DNA of 64,000 nt from Alphaproteobacteria bacterium (GTDB lineage Bacteria; Pseudomonadota; Alphaproteobacteria; ATCC43930; CGMCC-115725), in contig JBBRPG010000001.1 of NCBI GenBank assembly GCA_038228485.1, forward strand, positions 588 to 64,587. The letters are read 5' to 3'. This document shows, piece after piece, positions 1 to 9,282 of this stretch. The translations under genes and the position numbers were made by a program. The notes beneath the pieces are model-generated. The model saw nothing but the letters and a program-made list of their open reading frames with translations, made no database searches and was not told where the DNA came from. How positions within the stretch are numbered: the first letter of the stretch is position 1; the number at the start of each line of letters is the position of its first letter.

Positions 1-1755
1 GCGCACCAGCAGCGTCTCGAAACGGATCGATATCTGGCGTTGCAGCGGCCCGTCGACATGCAGGGTCCGGTGCAGGAAATTGGCGAAGCGAAAACCGCGC
101 GGGAATTGCAGTACCTCTTGCCCGGCCTGCGTGTAGCCTTCCACCCCCTCGTCTTTGGCCGCGTCGAGGATGCGGTTGGTGTTGCGCAGCAGCCGCTCGA
201 TCGCCGCGCCGGAGACGGTGTGCTGCGCGTGATGGTCGAGGATGATCCGGCGTTCCTGATTGGCCGCCGCGACCAGACCGATGGTCATGCGGTCGCGGTC
301 GGAAATCGCGGTTTCGAGGTCGGAATGGGTCGCCACCTCGCCGATTGCCTGGGCATAGCGGTGGCCGACCTCCTGCGCCGCGGTGGCGGAGATCGCGTAT
401 TCGTGCGCGGTCTCGCGCACCGCATCGCGCACGTCGGTTAGCGACAGCGCCTGCACCTTGTCGCGCAGCGCCTGGTCGAGCGGCGACAGCTTGTCGAGGC
501 CCAGGATGCTGATCAGCGGCCGCAGGGTCAGGCCGTTGACCAGCAGCGTGAACAGCACGAAACCGGTGGCGAGCACCGCGACGAGATCCTTCATCGCCGT
601 TTCGATGTGCTCGTTCTCGGTCACCGACAGCGCCAGCGCCAAGGTCACCGCGCCGCGCAGTCCGCCCCAGGTGATGGTGAAATTATAGGCGGCGCTGACG
701 GTCTGGCTCAGCTTCAGCGCCGACAGCAGCGGCAACAGGCAGAACAGCACCGCGGCGCGCGAGATCAGCGCCGCCGCGACCGCGATCAGCAGCAGCCCGA
801 TGTCGCGCGGGTGCATCCCGCCCAGCAGCTTGGGCACCAGCGCCGAGGCGGTGATGAAAATGAGCGAGCTCGCCCAAAAGCCAAGCTGCTCCCACACCCG
901 CTCGAGATAGCGCCAATTGTCGGGTTCGAGCCGGACCCGGGCAAGCGTCCCGGCAGTAAGCCCGGCGCTGGCGACCGCGACGACCCCAGACACCTCGATC
1001 TCGTCGCCGACGAGGTAAACGATGTAGGGCAGCGCCAGCGCCAGCGTTACCTCGGCCATCTTGGAGCCGCGCAGAAACGGCAGGATCGCGCCATAGATGC
1101 GCCCGCCAATCAGGCCGAGCACGATGCCGCCCAGGAACGAGACGATGAAATGCTCGGCCGCGGCCGCGATATGCGGCTCGCCGCCGCCGGACAGCATCTC
1201 CACCAGCACCGTGAACAGCACGATCGCCGCGGCGTCGTTGAGCAGGCTTTCGCCTTCGAGTAGTCGCGTCAGGCGCGGCGGGGCGCCGACCTCGTGCATA
1301 ATCGCCACCACCGCCGCCGGGTCGGTGGTGGCGACGATTGCGCCCAACAGCAGCGCCACGATCAGCGGCACCCCCGCCGCCAGGTTGAGGCTAAAGCCGA
1401 TCGCCGCGGCGGCGGCGAACACCGCGACGATCGCCAGCATCAGGATTGGCGCGGCGTCCTCGGCGATCTCGCGCACGTCGATCATCAGCGAGGCGTGGAA
1501 CAGTAAGATCGGCAGGAACACGATCAGGAAGATTTCGGCGTTGAACGGCAGATTCACCACCGGCCCGACGATGCCGTCGAAGGCGGTGATCCACGGCGTG
1601 TAGAGCAGAAAGCTCGACAACCCCCCGACCGCAACCCCCACCATCGCCAACAGCACCGCGTAAGGCAGGCGCAGCCGCTCGGCCGCGGGCTGCACCAGGC
1701 TGACCAGAACGAGAAACCCGGCGATCACCAGGGTCGTGGTGGCGATGCTGCTCAA
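1..1755 (-). CDS. Cation/proton (Na+/H+) antiporter, CPA1/NhaP-type; partial, C-terminus lies beyond the window start
   Basis: Own minus-strand translation; it is absent from the ORF track because it has no in-window stop. Contains ...LLGAIVATTDPAAVVAIM...LLEGESLLNDAAAIVLF...ITWGGLRGAVTLALAL..., a multi-TM exchanger core followed by a soluble tail. Probable TTG start at 1755 behind a GGAGGGGG purine run. Confidence 0.8.
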   Translation of the reverse strand, partial: MSSIATTTLVIAGFLVLVSLVQPAAERLRLPYAVLLAMVGVAVGGLSSFLLYTPWITAFDGIVGPVVNLPFNAEIFLIVFLPILLFHASLMIDVREIAEDAAPILMLAIVAVFAAAAAIGFSLNLAAGVPLIVALLLGAIVATTDPAAVVAIMHEVGAPPRLTRLLEGESLLNDAAAIVLFTVLVEMLSGGGEPHIAAAAEHFIVSFLGGIVLGLIGGRIYGAILPFLRGSKMAEVTLALALPYIVYLVGDEIEVSGVVAVASAGLTAGTLARVRLEPDNWRYLERVWEQLGFWASSLIFITASALVPKLLGGMHPRDIGLLLIAVAAALISRAAVLFCLLPLLSALKLSQTVSAAYNFTITWGGLRGAVTLALALSVTENEHIETAMKDLVAVLATGFVLFTLLVNGLTLRPLISILGLDKLSPLDQALRDKVQALSLTDVRDAVRETAHEYAISATAAQEVGHRYAQAIGEVATHSDLETAISDRDRMTIGLVAAANQERRIILDHHAQHTVSGAAIERLLRNTNRILDAAKDEGVEGYTQAGQEVLQFPRGFRFANFLHRTLHVDGPLQRQISIRFETLLVR

Positions 1756-1939
1756 ATTCCCCCCCTCCCCGGCACTCGGCGCCCGCTCCTCGCCAAAGGA
1801 TACAGCAGCGTCGCCGTCGTGTCGTGTCGCCGCCGCCGCAAACAGGGTCGCGAACGCGACAGCGGGAATTATGCGGCCTCGCGATTGTTACCCCACCGAC
1901 GGCGCCCCTTTACCGGGCGCGCCATGTCGAGGAGGTAAC

Positions 1940-2353
1940 ATGATCCGCTACATCGTCCCCGCCGCGCTTGCGGCGCTCGCGCTTTGCGCCCCGGTCGCGT
2001 CCCAGGCGCAGACCGTATCGGTCAACGGTCCGGTCAACATCCAGAACTATCCCGACGGCCCCAACGTGACGGCGGCGCCGACCACCTACAACGACGAAGG
2101 CCGGTTTGGCGCCGGCTATTACCAGGGCGCCTACGCAGCGCCGGTGGCGCCGATGGCGCCGATGGCGATGCCGGGCACGCCGCCGAACACGACTTGGGTA
2201 CAGGGTCACTACAATTGGGATCCCACCCGTCAGAGCTATGTCTGGATAGACAGCCAGCTCGTCCAGCAGCCGCATATGAACGCGCAGTGGTCTCCGGGTC
2301 ATTGGCAGCAGACCCCCACCGCGTGGATTTGGGTCGACGGCCGCTGGAACTAG
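1940..2353 (+). CDS. Small secreted protein with WxxGxW/YxWGxW-type tryptophan repeats
   Basis: In-frame ATG at 1940 behind AGGAGG. Signal peptide MIRYIVPAALAALALCAPVASQA. C-terminal GHYNWDPTRQSYVWIDS and PGHWQQTPTAWIWVDGRW repeats. The 68 upstream codons of track ORF 1736..2353 look non-coding. Confidence 0.6.
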   Translation: MIRYIVPAALAALALCAPVASQAQTVSVNGPVNIQNYPDGPNVTAAPTTYNDEGRFGAGYYQGAYAAPVAPMAPMAMPGTPPNTTWVQGHYNWDPTRQSYVWIDSQLVQQPHMNAQWSPGHWQQTPTAWIWVDGRWN

Positions 2354-2442
2354 CGCGGCAGTAGATTATCGTTACGGCCACCCCGGCGGGACGCGTTCCG
2401 CCGGGGTCGTCGGCGCTTCACGATCAAGATGGAGGTTCGGCG

Positions 2443-2880
2443 ATGGGCGAATACGAGGATCGCTATCCCGAGGCGTACGGCGAGCGGCATGTTGGCGGGC
2501 TCGGCTTGCCGCGGCAGGTGCGCGGCGACCTCCCGGCCGATGATCGGCCACGGCTCAACGAGGCCGGGCCGGGCGAAACGCCGCCGGCGCCGATTGCGCG
2601 CCCCATGCATGCCGATCTCGTGCGCACCCCGCGCGAGATTTGCGACGACATCTGGCAGCAACTCGACCATAGCCCGTTTATCGACGCTTCCGGCGTCACG
2701 GTTTCGGTCGCCGATTCCGAGGTCACGCTCGACGGCACGATCAACAGCCTGATCGCGATCTCGCTGGCGCAATCGCTGGCGGCCAACGTCGCCGGGGTCA
2801 GCCGGGTCCAGATGCGGCTGCGGGTCAAGCCGCACCATGCCTACGAGCCGGAACCGGTCCCGGTAGCGAAGCCGGACTGA
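2443..2880 (+). CDS. BON (OsmY-like) domain protein
   Basis: Track ORF. The C-terminal FIDASGVTVSVADSEVTLDGTINSLIAISLAQSLAANVAGVSRV fits the BON domain pattern. Confidence 0.65.
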   Translation: MGEYEDRYPEAYGERHVGGLGLPRQVRGDLPADDRPRLNEAGPGETPPAPIARPMHADLVRTPREICDDIWQQLDHSPFIDASGVTVSVADSEVTLDGTINSLIAISLAQSLAANVAGVSRVQMRLRVKPHHAYEPEPVPVAKPD

Positions 2881-2883
2881 CGA

Positions 2884-4311
2884 TCACACCGCCGGGCGGC
2901 TGCGGATGTCGTCCGGCACCTTGCGCGACAGGTGCTTGCCGTCGCTGAGGGCGCCCTTGAGCGCGCCGCCTTCGACGACGATCTTGCCGCGCAGCAAGGT
3001 CATCGACGGCCAGCAGGCGAGGTCGCGCCCTTCCCACGGTGAGTAGTCGGCCTCGTGCATGTCCGCGGCCTTGACCGCATGGCGCTGCCGCGTATCGAGC
3101 AGCACGATATCGGCGTCCGACCCCACCGCCAGCGCGCCCTTCCTCGGATACATCCCCATGATCTTGGCCGCGTTCGACGAGATCAGATTGACGAACTGGC
3201 CGAGGTCGTAGCCGCGCTTCTCGACCGTCTCGGTGTAGATCAGCGACACCCGCGGCTCGACCCCGGCGTTGCCGCCGGTGGTGTCGTCGATCTTGTCGCC
3301 CTGGAGCTTGAATTTCAGCGGGCAGCAGATTTCGTCGGTGGCGACGGTCTGGATTGCGCCGTGATCGGTGCCGGCCCACAGCGCCGCGTGGTCTTCGGCA
3401 AATTTGAGCGACGGGTAGGTATGGTAAATCTGCCCGTTCGGCCGTTTGTAGTCCTCGGCCGAGTACATCAGGTACTGGTGCAGGGTCTCGCCGTAGATCG
3501 GCACGCCATCCGCTCGGGCGGTGGCGATCGCGCGCACCCCGGTCGCGGCCGACGTATGCAGCATGTAGAGCGCCGACCCCGGGATGTTGGCGGCGAGCCG
3601 GATCACCCGGTTGAACGCCAGATCCTCGCTGAGCGTCGTGTGGACTTCGGCCATGTTGTGAAAGCTGGTGCGACCCTCGCGCGTCAGCTTTTCGTACATG
3701 TGCATGACCAGGTCGTTGTCCTCGGCGTGGATCGCGGCGAGCCCGCCCGCCTTCGCCAGCGCCGTCAGCACCTCCATGATGCTGCCGAACGGCACCATGC
3801 GGCCTTTGCGCGACGGGGTGATGTCGGTGGTGAACATCTTGACCGTCGGGTGCCCGGCGGCGACCGCCTCTACGAGCTGGTCGGGGATCGACCAATCGAG
3901 CTTGCCCTGCACCATCGTATGGAACGCATAGTCGCAATGGCAGTCGCCGGCCCATTCCTTTTGCCGCCGCTCGATCGCCTGCTGCACCGTATTGTCGCCG
4001 TCGACGAGCGCGAAATCGAGGATCGTCGTGGTGCCGCCGAACAGCGCCGCCTGACTTACCCGGTCCGGCCCGTCGGTGAGGTTGTGCTGAGACTGGCCGG
4101 GGGTCGGCATCGGCCAGCGGCAATGGACGAGCGGGTCGATGCCGCCGGGAATGACGATCTGGCCCGCAGCGTCGACGACACGTCCGCCCAGCCCGGCGAG
4201 CGCGCCCGGCGCGCCGATCGCGGCGATCTTTTCGCCGGTGATGCCGATATCGGCCTTTTGCGCGCCTGACGGCAAAACCGCGGTCCCGCCGGTGATCACG
4301 ACATCGAGCAT
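2884..4311 (-). CDS. Cyclic amidohydrolase of the D-hydantoinase/dihydropyrimidinase family (atypical first metal motif)
   Basis: 475 aa. Family landmarks are IPGGIDP..H, VKMF (carbamyl-Lys position), IHAEDN, YMLHTS, VATDE and DADIVLLD. The canonical HxH reads L-V-H here. Confidence 0.8.
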   Translation of the reverse strand: MLDVVITGGTAVLPSGAQKADIGITGEKIAAIGAPGALAGLGGRVVDAAGQIVIPGGIDPLVHCRWPMPTPGQSQHNLTDGPDRVSQAALFGGTTTILDFALVDGDNTVQQAIERRQKEWAGDCHCDYAFHTMVQGKLDWSIPDQLVEAVAAGHPTVKMFTTDITPSRKGRMVPFGSIMEVLTALAKAGGLAAIHAEDNDLVMHMYEKLTREGRTSFHNMAEVHTTLSEDLAFNRVIRLAANIPGSALYMLHTSAATGVRAIATARADGVPIYGETLHQYLMYSAEDYKRPNGQIYHTYPSLKFAEDHAALWAGTDHGAIQTVATDEICCPLKFKLQGDKIDDTTGGNAGVEPRVSLIYTETVEKRGYDLGQFVNLISSNAAKIMGMYPRKGALAVGSDADIVLLDTRQRHAVKAADMHEADYSPWEGRDLACWPSMTLLRGKIVVEGGALKGALSDGKHLSRKVPDDIRSRPAV

Positions 4312-4323
4312 GCAAACCTCCCT

Positions 4324-5436
4324 CTAATGATGATGGACCGCGGGCGTCTCGCCCGCATGCAGGCGGGACGCCTGCGGTCCTAAGACCGTCGGTGACGCGA
4401 AGGCGAAATGCGCGAGGATTTCCGCCCGCGGAATCTCGTTGACGACAAAGACGAGGCGGCTGCGTCGGTCGGAATCCGGCCAATCATCGAGCCATTCGGG
4501 GGCGAACATCGTGTGCTGCGCCGCCTGCACCAAGGCGGGCTGGCCGCCTCCCGTAATCCCTGGGCGGTCGGCAAAGGCGACGATGCCCTTGACCCGCAGC
4601 AGGTCGCTGCCGTGGGCGCCGGCGAGCGCCCCCAGCGCCTTGGCGAAATCGAGCCGGGTAATGGCGCCGCCCAGGATCACGGTAAAGCTGTCGATGCCGT
4701 GTGTATGCACGGTCTCTGGCCCCCACCCCAGCCCTCCCCCGCTTGCGGGGGAGGGAGCGCGCCGGCGCTTGCCATCTCCCTCCCCCGCACGCGGGGGAGG
4801 GTTGGGGTGGGGGCTTCGAGCGCCGCCGAACAGCACGTTCTCCGGATTGTTCGCTTCCTGTCCGACGATCCGTTCGGCATCGGGGTTGAGCGCGGCCAGC
4901 GCCGCCTCCAGCTGAGCGGAAACCGGCGCGAGGTCGGTCTTCGAGATCACCAGCGCGTCGGCCATCGCCGCCTGCCGCGTCGCCTCGGCAAAGCGGGCGA
5001 GCGTCGCGGCGCCGTTCTCGGCGTCGATCACCGTCACCACCCGGCCGAGCCTCAGCCGCGCATCGAGCATCGGATCGGCGCCGAGCGTGTAGAGGATCGG
5101 GGCCGGGTCGGCGAGGCCGCTGGTCTCGATGACGATGCGGCGAAACGGCCGCACCGTGCCGGCGTCGCGCCGGTCGATAAGCTCGCGCAAGGTGCGCGCC
5201 ACATCCTCGCGCACCGCGCAGCACAGGCACCCGCCGGGCAGCTCCAGCACCGCGCCCTCGACGAAGTCGACAAGGTAGTGGTCGATCGCCACCGCGCCGA
5301 TCTCGTTGACGATGACCGCGGTGTCGGTGAAGTCGGGCGCGGCGAGCGCGCGGCGCAGCAAACTCGTCTTGCCGCTGCCGAGAAACCCGGTCAGCACCGT
5401 CGTCGGCAAAATGTCGTCGCATGGGGCGGCTTCCAT
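4324..5436 (-). CDS. COG0523/CobW-family G3E GTPase (putative metallochaperone)
   Basis: P-loop GFLGSGKTSLL, CxCC motif GGCLCCAV, ETSGLADP, SKTDL, a CobW_C-like tail and a C-terminal HHH. The gene ends 12 nt upstream of the hydantoinase-like gene. Confidence 0.85.
   Translation of the reverse strand: MEAAPCDDILPTTVLTGFLGSGKTSLLRRALAAPDFTDTAVIVNEIGAVAIDHYLVDFVEGAVLELPGGCLCCAVREDVARTLRELIDRRDAGTVRPFRRIVIETSGLADPAPILYTLGADPMLDARLRLGRVVTVIDAENGAATLARFAEATRQAAMADALVISKTDLAPVSAQLEAALAALNPDAERIVGQEANNPENVLFGGARSPHPNPPPRAGEGDGKRRRAPSPASGGGLGWGPETVHTHGIDSFTVILGGAITRLDFAKALGALAGAHGSDLLRVKGIVAFADRPGITGGGQPALVQAAQHTMFAPEWLDDWPDSDRRSRLVFVVNEIPRAEILAHFAFASPTVLGPQASRLHAGETPAVHHH
4720..4813. repeat. GC-rich nested palindromic (REP-like) element lying in-frame inside the COG0523 CDS
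   Basis: Outer arms CCCCACCCCAGCCCTCCCCCGC ... GCGGGGGAGGGTTGGGGTGGGG (1 mismatch) enclose two CCCTCCCCCGC-NN-GCGGGGGAGGG hairpins. Confidence 0.85.
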
Positions 5437-5553
5437 CGCGCAATCGTTCCACGAAGCGTCTGCGGCGGCAAGTCGCGGCCAAATGTCCTGCCCGCTCCAA
5501 TCGGTTGCCTTATTGACCCAGCCCCAGCATCATGCCAGCCATAACCAGGGCGC

Positions 5554-6435
5554 ATGCAGCGCCGGAGTGGGAGGAATCCGAACTTTATGACGGTTGCTGC
5601 GGCGACGCGATCGGCCCCCACAACCGGTCATCGAGCCCGCGACGAGGTGCAGCTCGTCGTTTCCGGGGCGTCGAAGCGGTTCGGCGGCGTGCGCGCCGTC
5701 CAGGATGTGTCGATTTCGGTAAAAACGGGGCGGATCGCCTCGATCATCGGCCCGAACGGCGCCGGCAAGACCTCGCTGCTCAACATGATCAGCGGCTTCT
5801 ACACCCCCGACACCGGCTCGATCACCTTCGAGGGCCACGACATCACCCGCAAGCGCCCGGCCGAGATCGCCGCGCTGGGGATCGCCCGCACCTTCCAGAA
5901 CATCGCGCTCTTTGTCGGCATGACCGTGCTCGACAACATCATGCTCGGGCGGCATGTCCACATGCGCTCGGGGGTGCTGTCGTCGCTGATCTATTGGGGG
6001 ATGGCGCAAAAGGAAGAGGTGGCGAACCGCGCGCGCTGCGAGGAGCTGATCGAGTTTCTCGAATTGCAGGATCTGCGCAAGCAGCCCACCGCCGGCCTCG
6101 CTTACGGCCTGCGCAAGCGGGTCGAGCTCGGCCGCGCCCTGGCGCTCGACCCCAAGCTGCTGCTGCTCGACGAGCCGATGGGCGGGATGAACCAGGAAGA
6201 AAAAGAGGACATGGCCCGCTACATCCTCGATGTGAACCAGCATTGGGGCACCACGATCATCCTGATCGAGCACGACATGACCGTGGTGATGGACATCTCC
6301 GACCATGTCAGCGTGCTCGACCGCGGCCGCAAGATCGCCGACGGCACCCCCGCCGAGGTGCAGCGCGATCCCGCCGTGATCCAGGCCTATCTCGGCGGCA
6401 GCCACGTCACCCTGGGGAGCGAAGCGGCGGCATGA
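5554..6435 (+). CDS. ABC transporter ATP-binding protein, LivG-like (HAAT family)
   Basis: Walker A GPNGAGKTS, signature-like LAYGLRKRVEL, Walker B LLLLDEP. The stop overlaps the next start (ATGA). The start could instead be the ATG at 5587. Confidence 0.85.
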   Translation: MQRRSGRNPNFMTVAAATRSAPTTGHRARDEVQLVVSGASKRFGGVRAVQDVSISVKTGRIASIIGPNGAGKTSLLNMISGFYTPDTGSITFEGHDITRKRPAEIAALGIARTFQNIALFVGMTVLDNIMLGRHVHMRSGVLSSLIYWGMAQKEEVANRARCEELIEFLELQDLRKQPTAGLAYGLRKRVELGRALALDPKLLLLDEPMGGMNQEEKEDMARYILDVNQHWGTTIILIEHDMTVVMDISDHVSVLDRGRKIADGTPAEVQRDPAVIQAYLGGSHVTLGSEAAA

Positions 6436-8357
6436 CCATCGAGACCACCCTGCCGCAATTGCTGCGGCGCAACGCCGGGACGATGGCAACCCGCCCGGCG
6501 ATGCGCGAAAAGGATCTCGGCATCTGGCAGCCCTATAGCTGGCGGCGGTATTGGGAAGAGGCGCGGGACTTTGCCGCCGGCCTCGCCGCCCACGGCTTCA
6601 AGGCGGGCGACAAGCTGGCGGTGATCGGCGAGAACCGGCCGCGGCTCTATTTCGCCCAGCTGTCGGCGATGTGCCTCGGCGGCTTCGCGGTGCCGGCCTA
6701 CCAGGACGCGATTGCCGCCGAGCTCGCCTATGTCCTCGACCATGCCGAGGTCTCGGTGGTCGTCGCCGAGGACCAGGAACAGGTCGATAAGGTGCTGTCG
6801 CTGAAGGACCGGCTGCCGCACCTCAAGCTCGTCGTCTATGACGACCCGCGCGGCCTCGCCGAGTACGACGACCCGCTGCTGCACTCGTTCGAGGCGGTGC
6901 AGGAAGAAGGGCGCCGCGCCGGCTTCAGCGCGGTGGAAGCGGCGGTCGATGCCGGCAAGCCCGACGATGTCTGCCTGTTCTCCTATACTTCGGGGACGAC
7001 GTCGCGGCCCAAGGGCGTGATGCTGTCGCACGCCAATTTGTTGAGCGCGGCCGAGGCGCTGGCCAAGGCCGAGGATATCCGCGCCGTCGACGACTTTCTC
7101 GCCTATCTGCCGATGGCATGGATCGGCAACTCGCTGTTTGCGATCGCGCTGCATTCGTGGATGGGCTTTACCTGCAACTACCCGGAAAAGCCCGAGACCT
7201 TGCTGCGCGACCTGCGCGAGCTGGGGCCGACCATCGCGCTCGCGCCGCCGCGTTTCTGGGAGAACACGCTGACCGCGGTGCTGGTGCGCGCCACCGATGC
7301 GAGCCGGCTTAAGCGTACCCTGTTCAACCTGTTCCGCCGCATCGCCGAGCGCGCCGAGACCGCCCGCGCCGCTGGCAAGCCGGTGTCGCCCGGGCTGCGT
7401 CTCGGCGCCGCGATCGGCGAGGTGGTGGTTTACGGGCCGCTGCGCGACCAGCTCGGCCTGCGCCGCGCCCGCTGGGTTTATACCGGCGGCGCGCCGCTCG
7501 GAGCCGACACGTTCCGCTTCTTCCGCGCCTTCGGGGTCAACCTGAAACAAGTCTATGGCGCGACCGAGTTGTCGGGCCTGTGTTCGGCGCAGGCCGACGG
7601 CGATGTCGATCCCGATACCGTCGGGCGCGCCTTTGCCGGCACCGAATTGCGCATCGGCGAAAGCGGCGAGGTGCAGGCCCGCTCCGACGCCGTGTTCCAG
7701 GGCTATTACAAGCAGCCCGAGGCGACCGCGGCGGCGATGACCGAGGATGGCTGGCTGCGCACCGGCGACGCCGGGTTCATCGACCGGCGCGGCCATCTCG
7801 TCATCATCGACCGGGCGCGCGATGTCGGCAAATTGGCTGACGGCAGCGCCTACGCTCCGCAATTCGTCGAGAACAAATTGAAGTTCAGCCCCTATCTCGG
7901 CGAGGCGGTGGCGTTCGGCGATGCCAGGCCGTTTGTCGCGGCCATCGTCGCCATCGACCCGACCACGGTCGGCAATTGGGCCGAGCGCCAGAACCTCGCC
8001 TACACCTCGTTCCAGGACCTCTGCGCGCGGCCGGAGGTCGCCGGGCTGATCCGCGAGGAAATCCGCAAGACCAACGCGATGCTGCCGGAGGCGGTGCAGA
8101 TCCGCCGCTTCCTGGTGCTCAACAAGGAATTCGACGCCGACGACGACGAGATCACCCGCACCCGCAAAATCCGCCGCGGCTTTGTCGCCGAGAAATACGC
8201 CGTGGTGGTCGAGGCGCTATACGCCGGTCACCGGGAAGTCGAGCTGTCGGCCGAGATCACCTACGAGGACGGGCGCAAGGCGATGCTGCGCTCGAACCTG
8301 ACGATCGCCGATGTCGACGAGGCGTCAGCGCCCGTCGAATTGGTCGCGGCGCAGTAG
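6432..8357 (+). CDS. Long-chain acyl-CoA synthetase (AMP-forming, FadD-like)
   Basis: ATG at 6432 within long track ORF 5532..8357. AMP-binding motif FSYTSGTTSRPKGVMLSH, then YGATE and TGDAGFIDRRGHLVIIDRARD. Confidence 0.85.
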   Translation: MTIETTLPQLLRRNAGTMATRPAMREKDLGIWQPYSWRRYWEEARDFAAGLAAHGFKAGDKLAVIGENRPRLYFAQLSAMCLGGFAVPAYQDAIAAELAYVLDHAEVSVVVAEDQEQVDKVLSLKDRLPHLKLVVYDDPRGLAEYDDPLLHSFEAVQEEGRRAGFSAVEAAVDAGKPDDVCLFSYTSGTTSRPKGVMLSHANLLSAAEALAKAEDIRAVDDFLAYLPMAWIGNSLFAIALHSWMGFTCNYPEKPETLLRDLRELGPTIALAPPRFWENTLTAVLVRATDASRLKRTLFNLFRRIAERAETARAAGKPVSPGLRLGAAIGEVVVYGPLRDQLGLRRARWVYTGGAPLGADTFRFFRAFGVNLKQVYGATELSGLCSAQADGDVDPDTVGRAFAGTELRIGESGEVQARSDAVFQGYYKQPEATAAAMTEDGWLRTGDAGFIDRRGHLVIIDRARDVGKLADGSAYAPQFVENKLKFSPYLGEAVAFGDARPFVAAIVAIDPTTVGNWAERQNLAYTSFQDLCARPEVAGLIREEIRKTNAMLPEAVQIRRFLVLNKEFDADDDEITRTRKIRRGFVAEKYAVVVEALYAGHREVELSAEITYEDGRKAMLRSNLTIADVDEASAPVELVAAQ

Positions 8358-8364
8358 GCGGGAA

Positions 8365-9264
8365 ATGCCTGAATTCGATCTGCAATTCACCCTGTTCCTC
8401 TTAACCAACGGGGTGATGATCGGTCTGATGTACGCGCTGATCGCGCTCGGTTTCGTGCTGATCTACAAGGCGACCGACGCGATCAACTTCGCCCAGGGCG
8501 AGTTCGTCATGTTCGCCGGCTTTCTCGCCGCCGGGGCCGCCGAATATGCCCATGCGCCGTTCTGGCTCTGCGCGCTGCTCGCGGTTGGCGGCATGGTGGC
8601 GCTGGGCTTCGGGCTCGAGCGGGTCGTGCTTCGGCCGCTGATCGGGCGGCCGATCATCGCCGTGGTGATGGCGACGATCGGGCTGGCGGCGGTGCTGCGC
8701 GGCACCGCGGTGCTGGCGTTCGGCGCCGGCACCAGGGCGATCACCATGCCGATCCCCGACGACCCGATCCCGCTGGGGCCGGTCACCCTGCCGCCCGTAG
8801 AGGTCGTCGGCGCCGCCGTCAGCCTGGTTTTCCTCGCTGGCTTCACCTGGTTCTTCCTCAAGAGCCGCACCGGCATCGCCATGCGCGCCGTTGCCGACAG
8901 CCAGCAGGTGGCGATGGCGATGGGCATCAACGTGCGGCGCTATTTCGCCTTTGCCTGGGCGATGGCGGGGATCGTGTCGGCCTTGGGCGGGATTGTCTGG
9001 GGTTCGATGCTCGGGGTCGACAACCAGCTCGCCCTGGTCGGGCTCAAGGTATTCCCGGTGGTGATCCTCGGCGGCCTCGACTCGGTGATCGGCGCGGTGG
9101 TGGGCGGGCTCATCGTCGGCATCGTCGAGAACCTCGCCGCCGGCTATTTCGATCCGCTGGTCGGCGGCGGCACCAAGGATTTCGTGCCCTATCTGCTGAT
9201 GATCATCGTGCTGATGGTGCGGCCCGAAGGCATCTTCGGCCGCCGCCGGATCGAGCGCGTCTAG
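8365..9264 (+). CDS. ABC transporter permease, LivH-like
   Basis: ATG at 8365 in frame with track ORF 8311..9264. Starts MPEFDLQFTLFLLTNGVMIGLMYALIALGFVLIYKATDAINFAQGEF and is multi-TM throughout. Confidence 0.85.
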   Translation: MPEFDLQFTLFLLTNGVMIGLMYALIALGFVLIYKATDAINFAQGEFVMFAGFLAAGAAEYAHAPFWLCALLAVGGMVALGFGLERVVLRPLIGRPIIAVVMATIGLAAVLRGTAVLAFGAGTRAITMPIPDDPIPLGPVTLPPVEVVGAAVSLVFLAGFTWFFLKSRTGIAMRAVADSQQVAMAMGINVRRYFAFAWAMAGIVSALGGIVWGSMLGVDNQLALVGLKVFPVVILGGLDSVIGAVVGGLIVGIVENLAAGYFDPLVGGGTKDFVPYLLMIIVLMVRPEGIFGRRRIERV

Positions 9265-9282
9265 CCCGGCGCGGGAAAAGCC

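Noticed and set aside
2825-4483. 552-aa minus-strand ORF and 404-aa plus-strand ORF (3055..4269) overlapping the hydantoinase-like gene
   Set aside because: These are alternative frames of a gene whose own frame carries clear amidohydrolase motifs. The products are Arg/Pro/Gly-rich with no domains.
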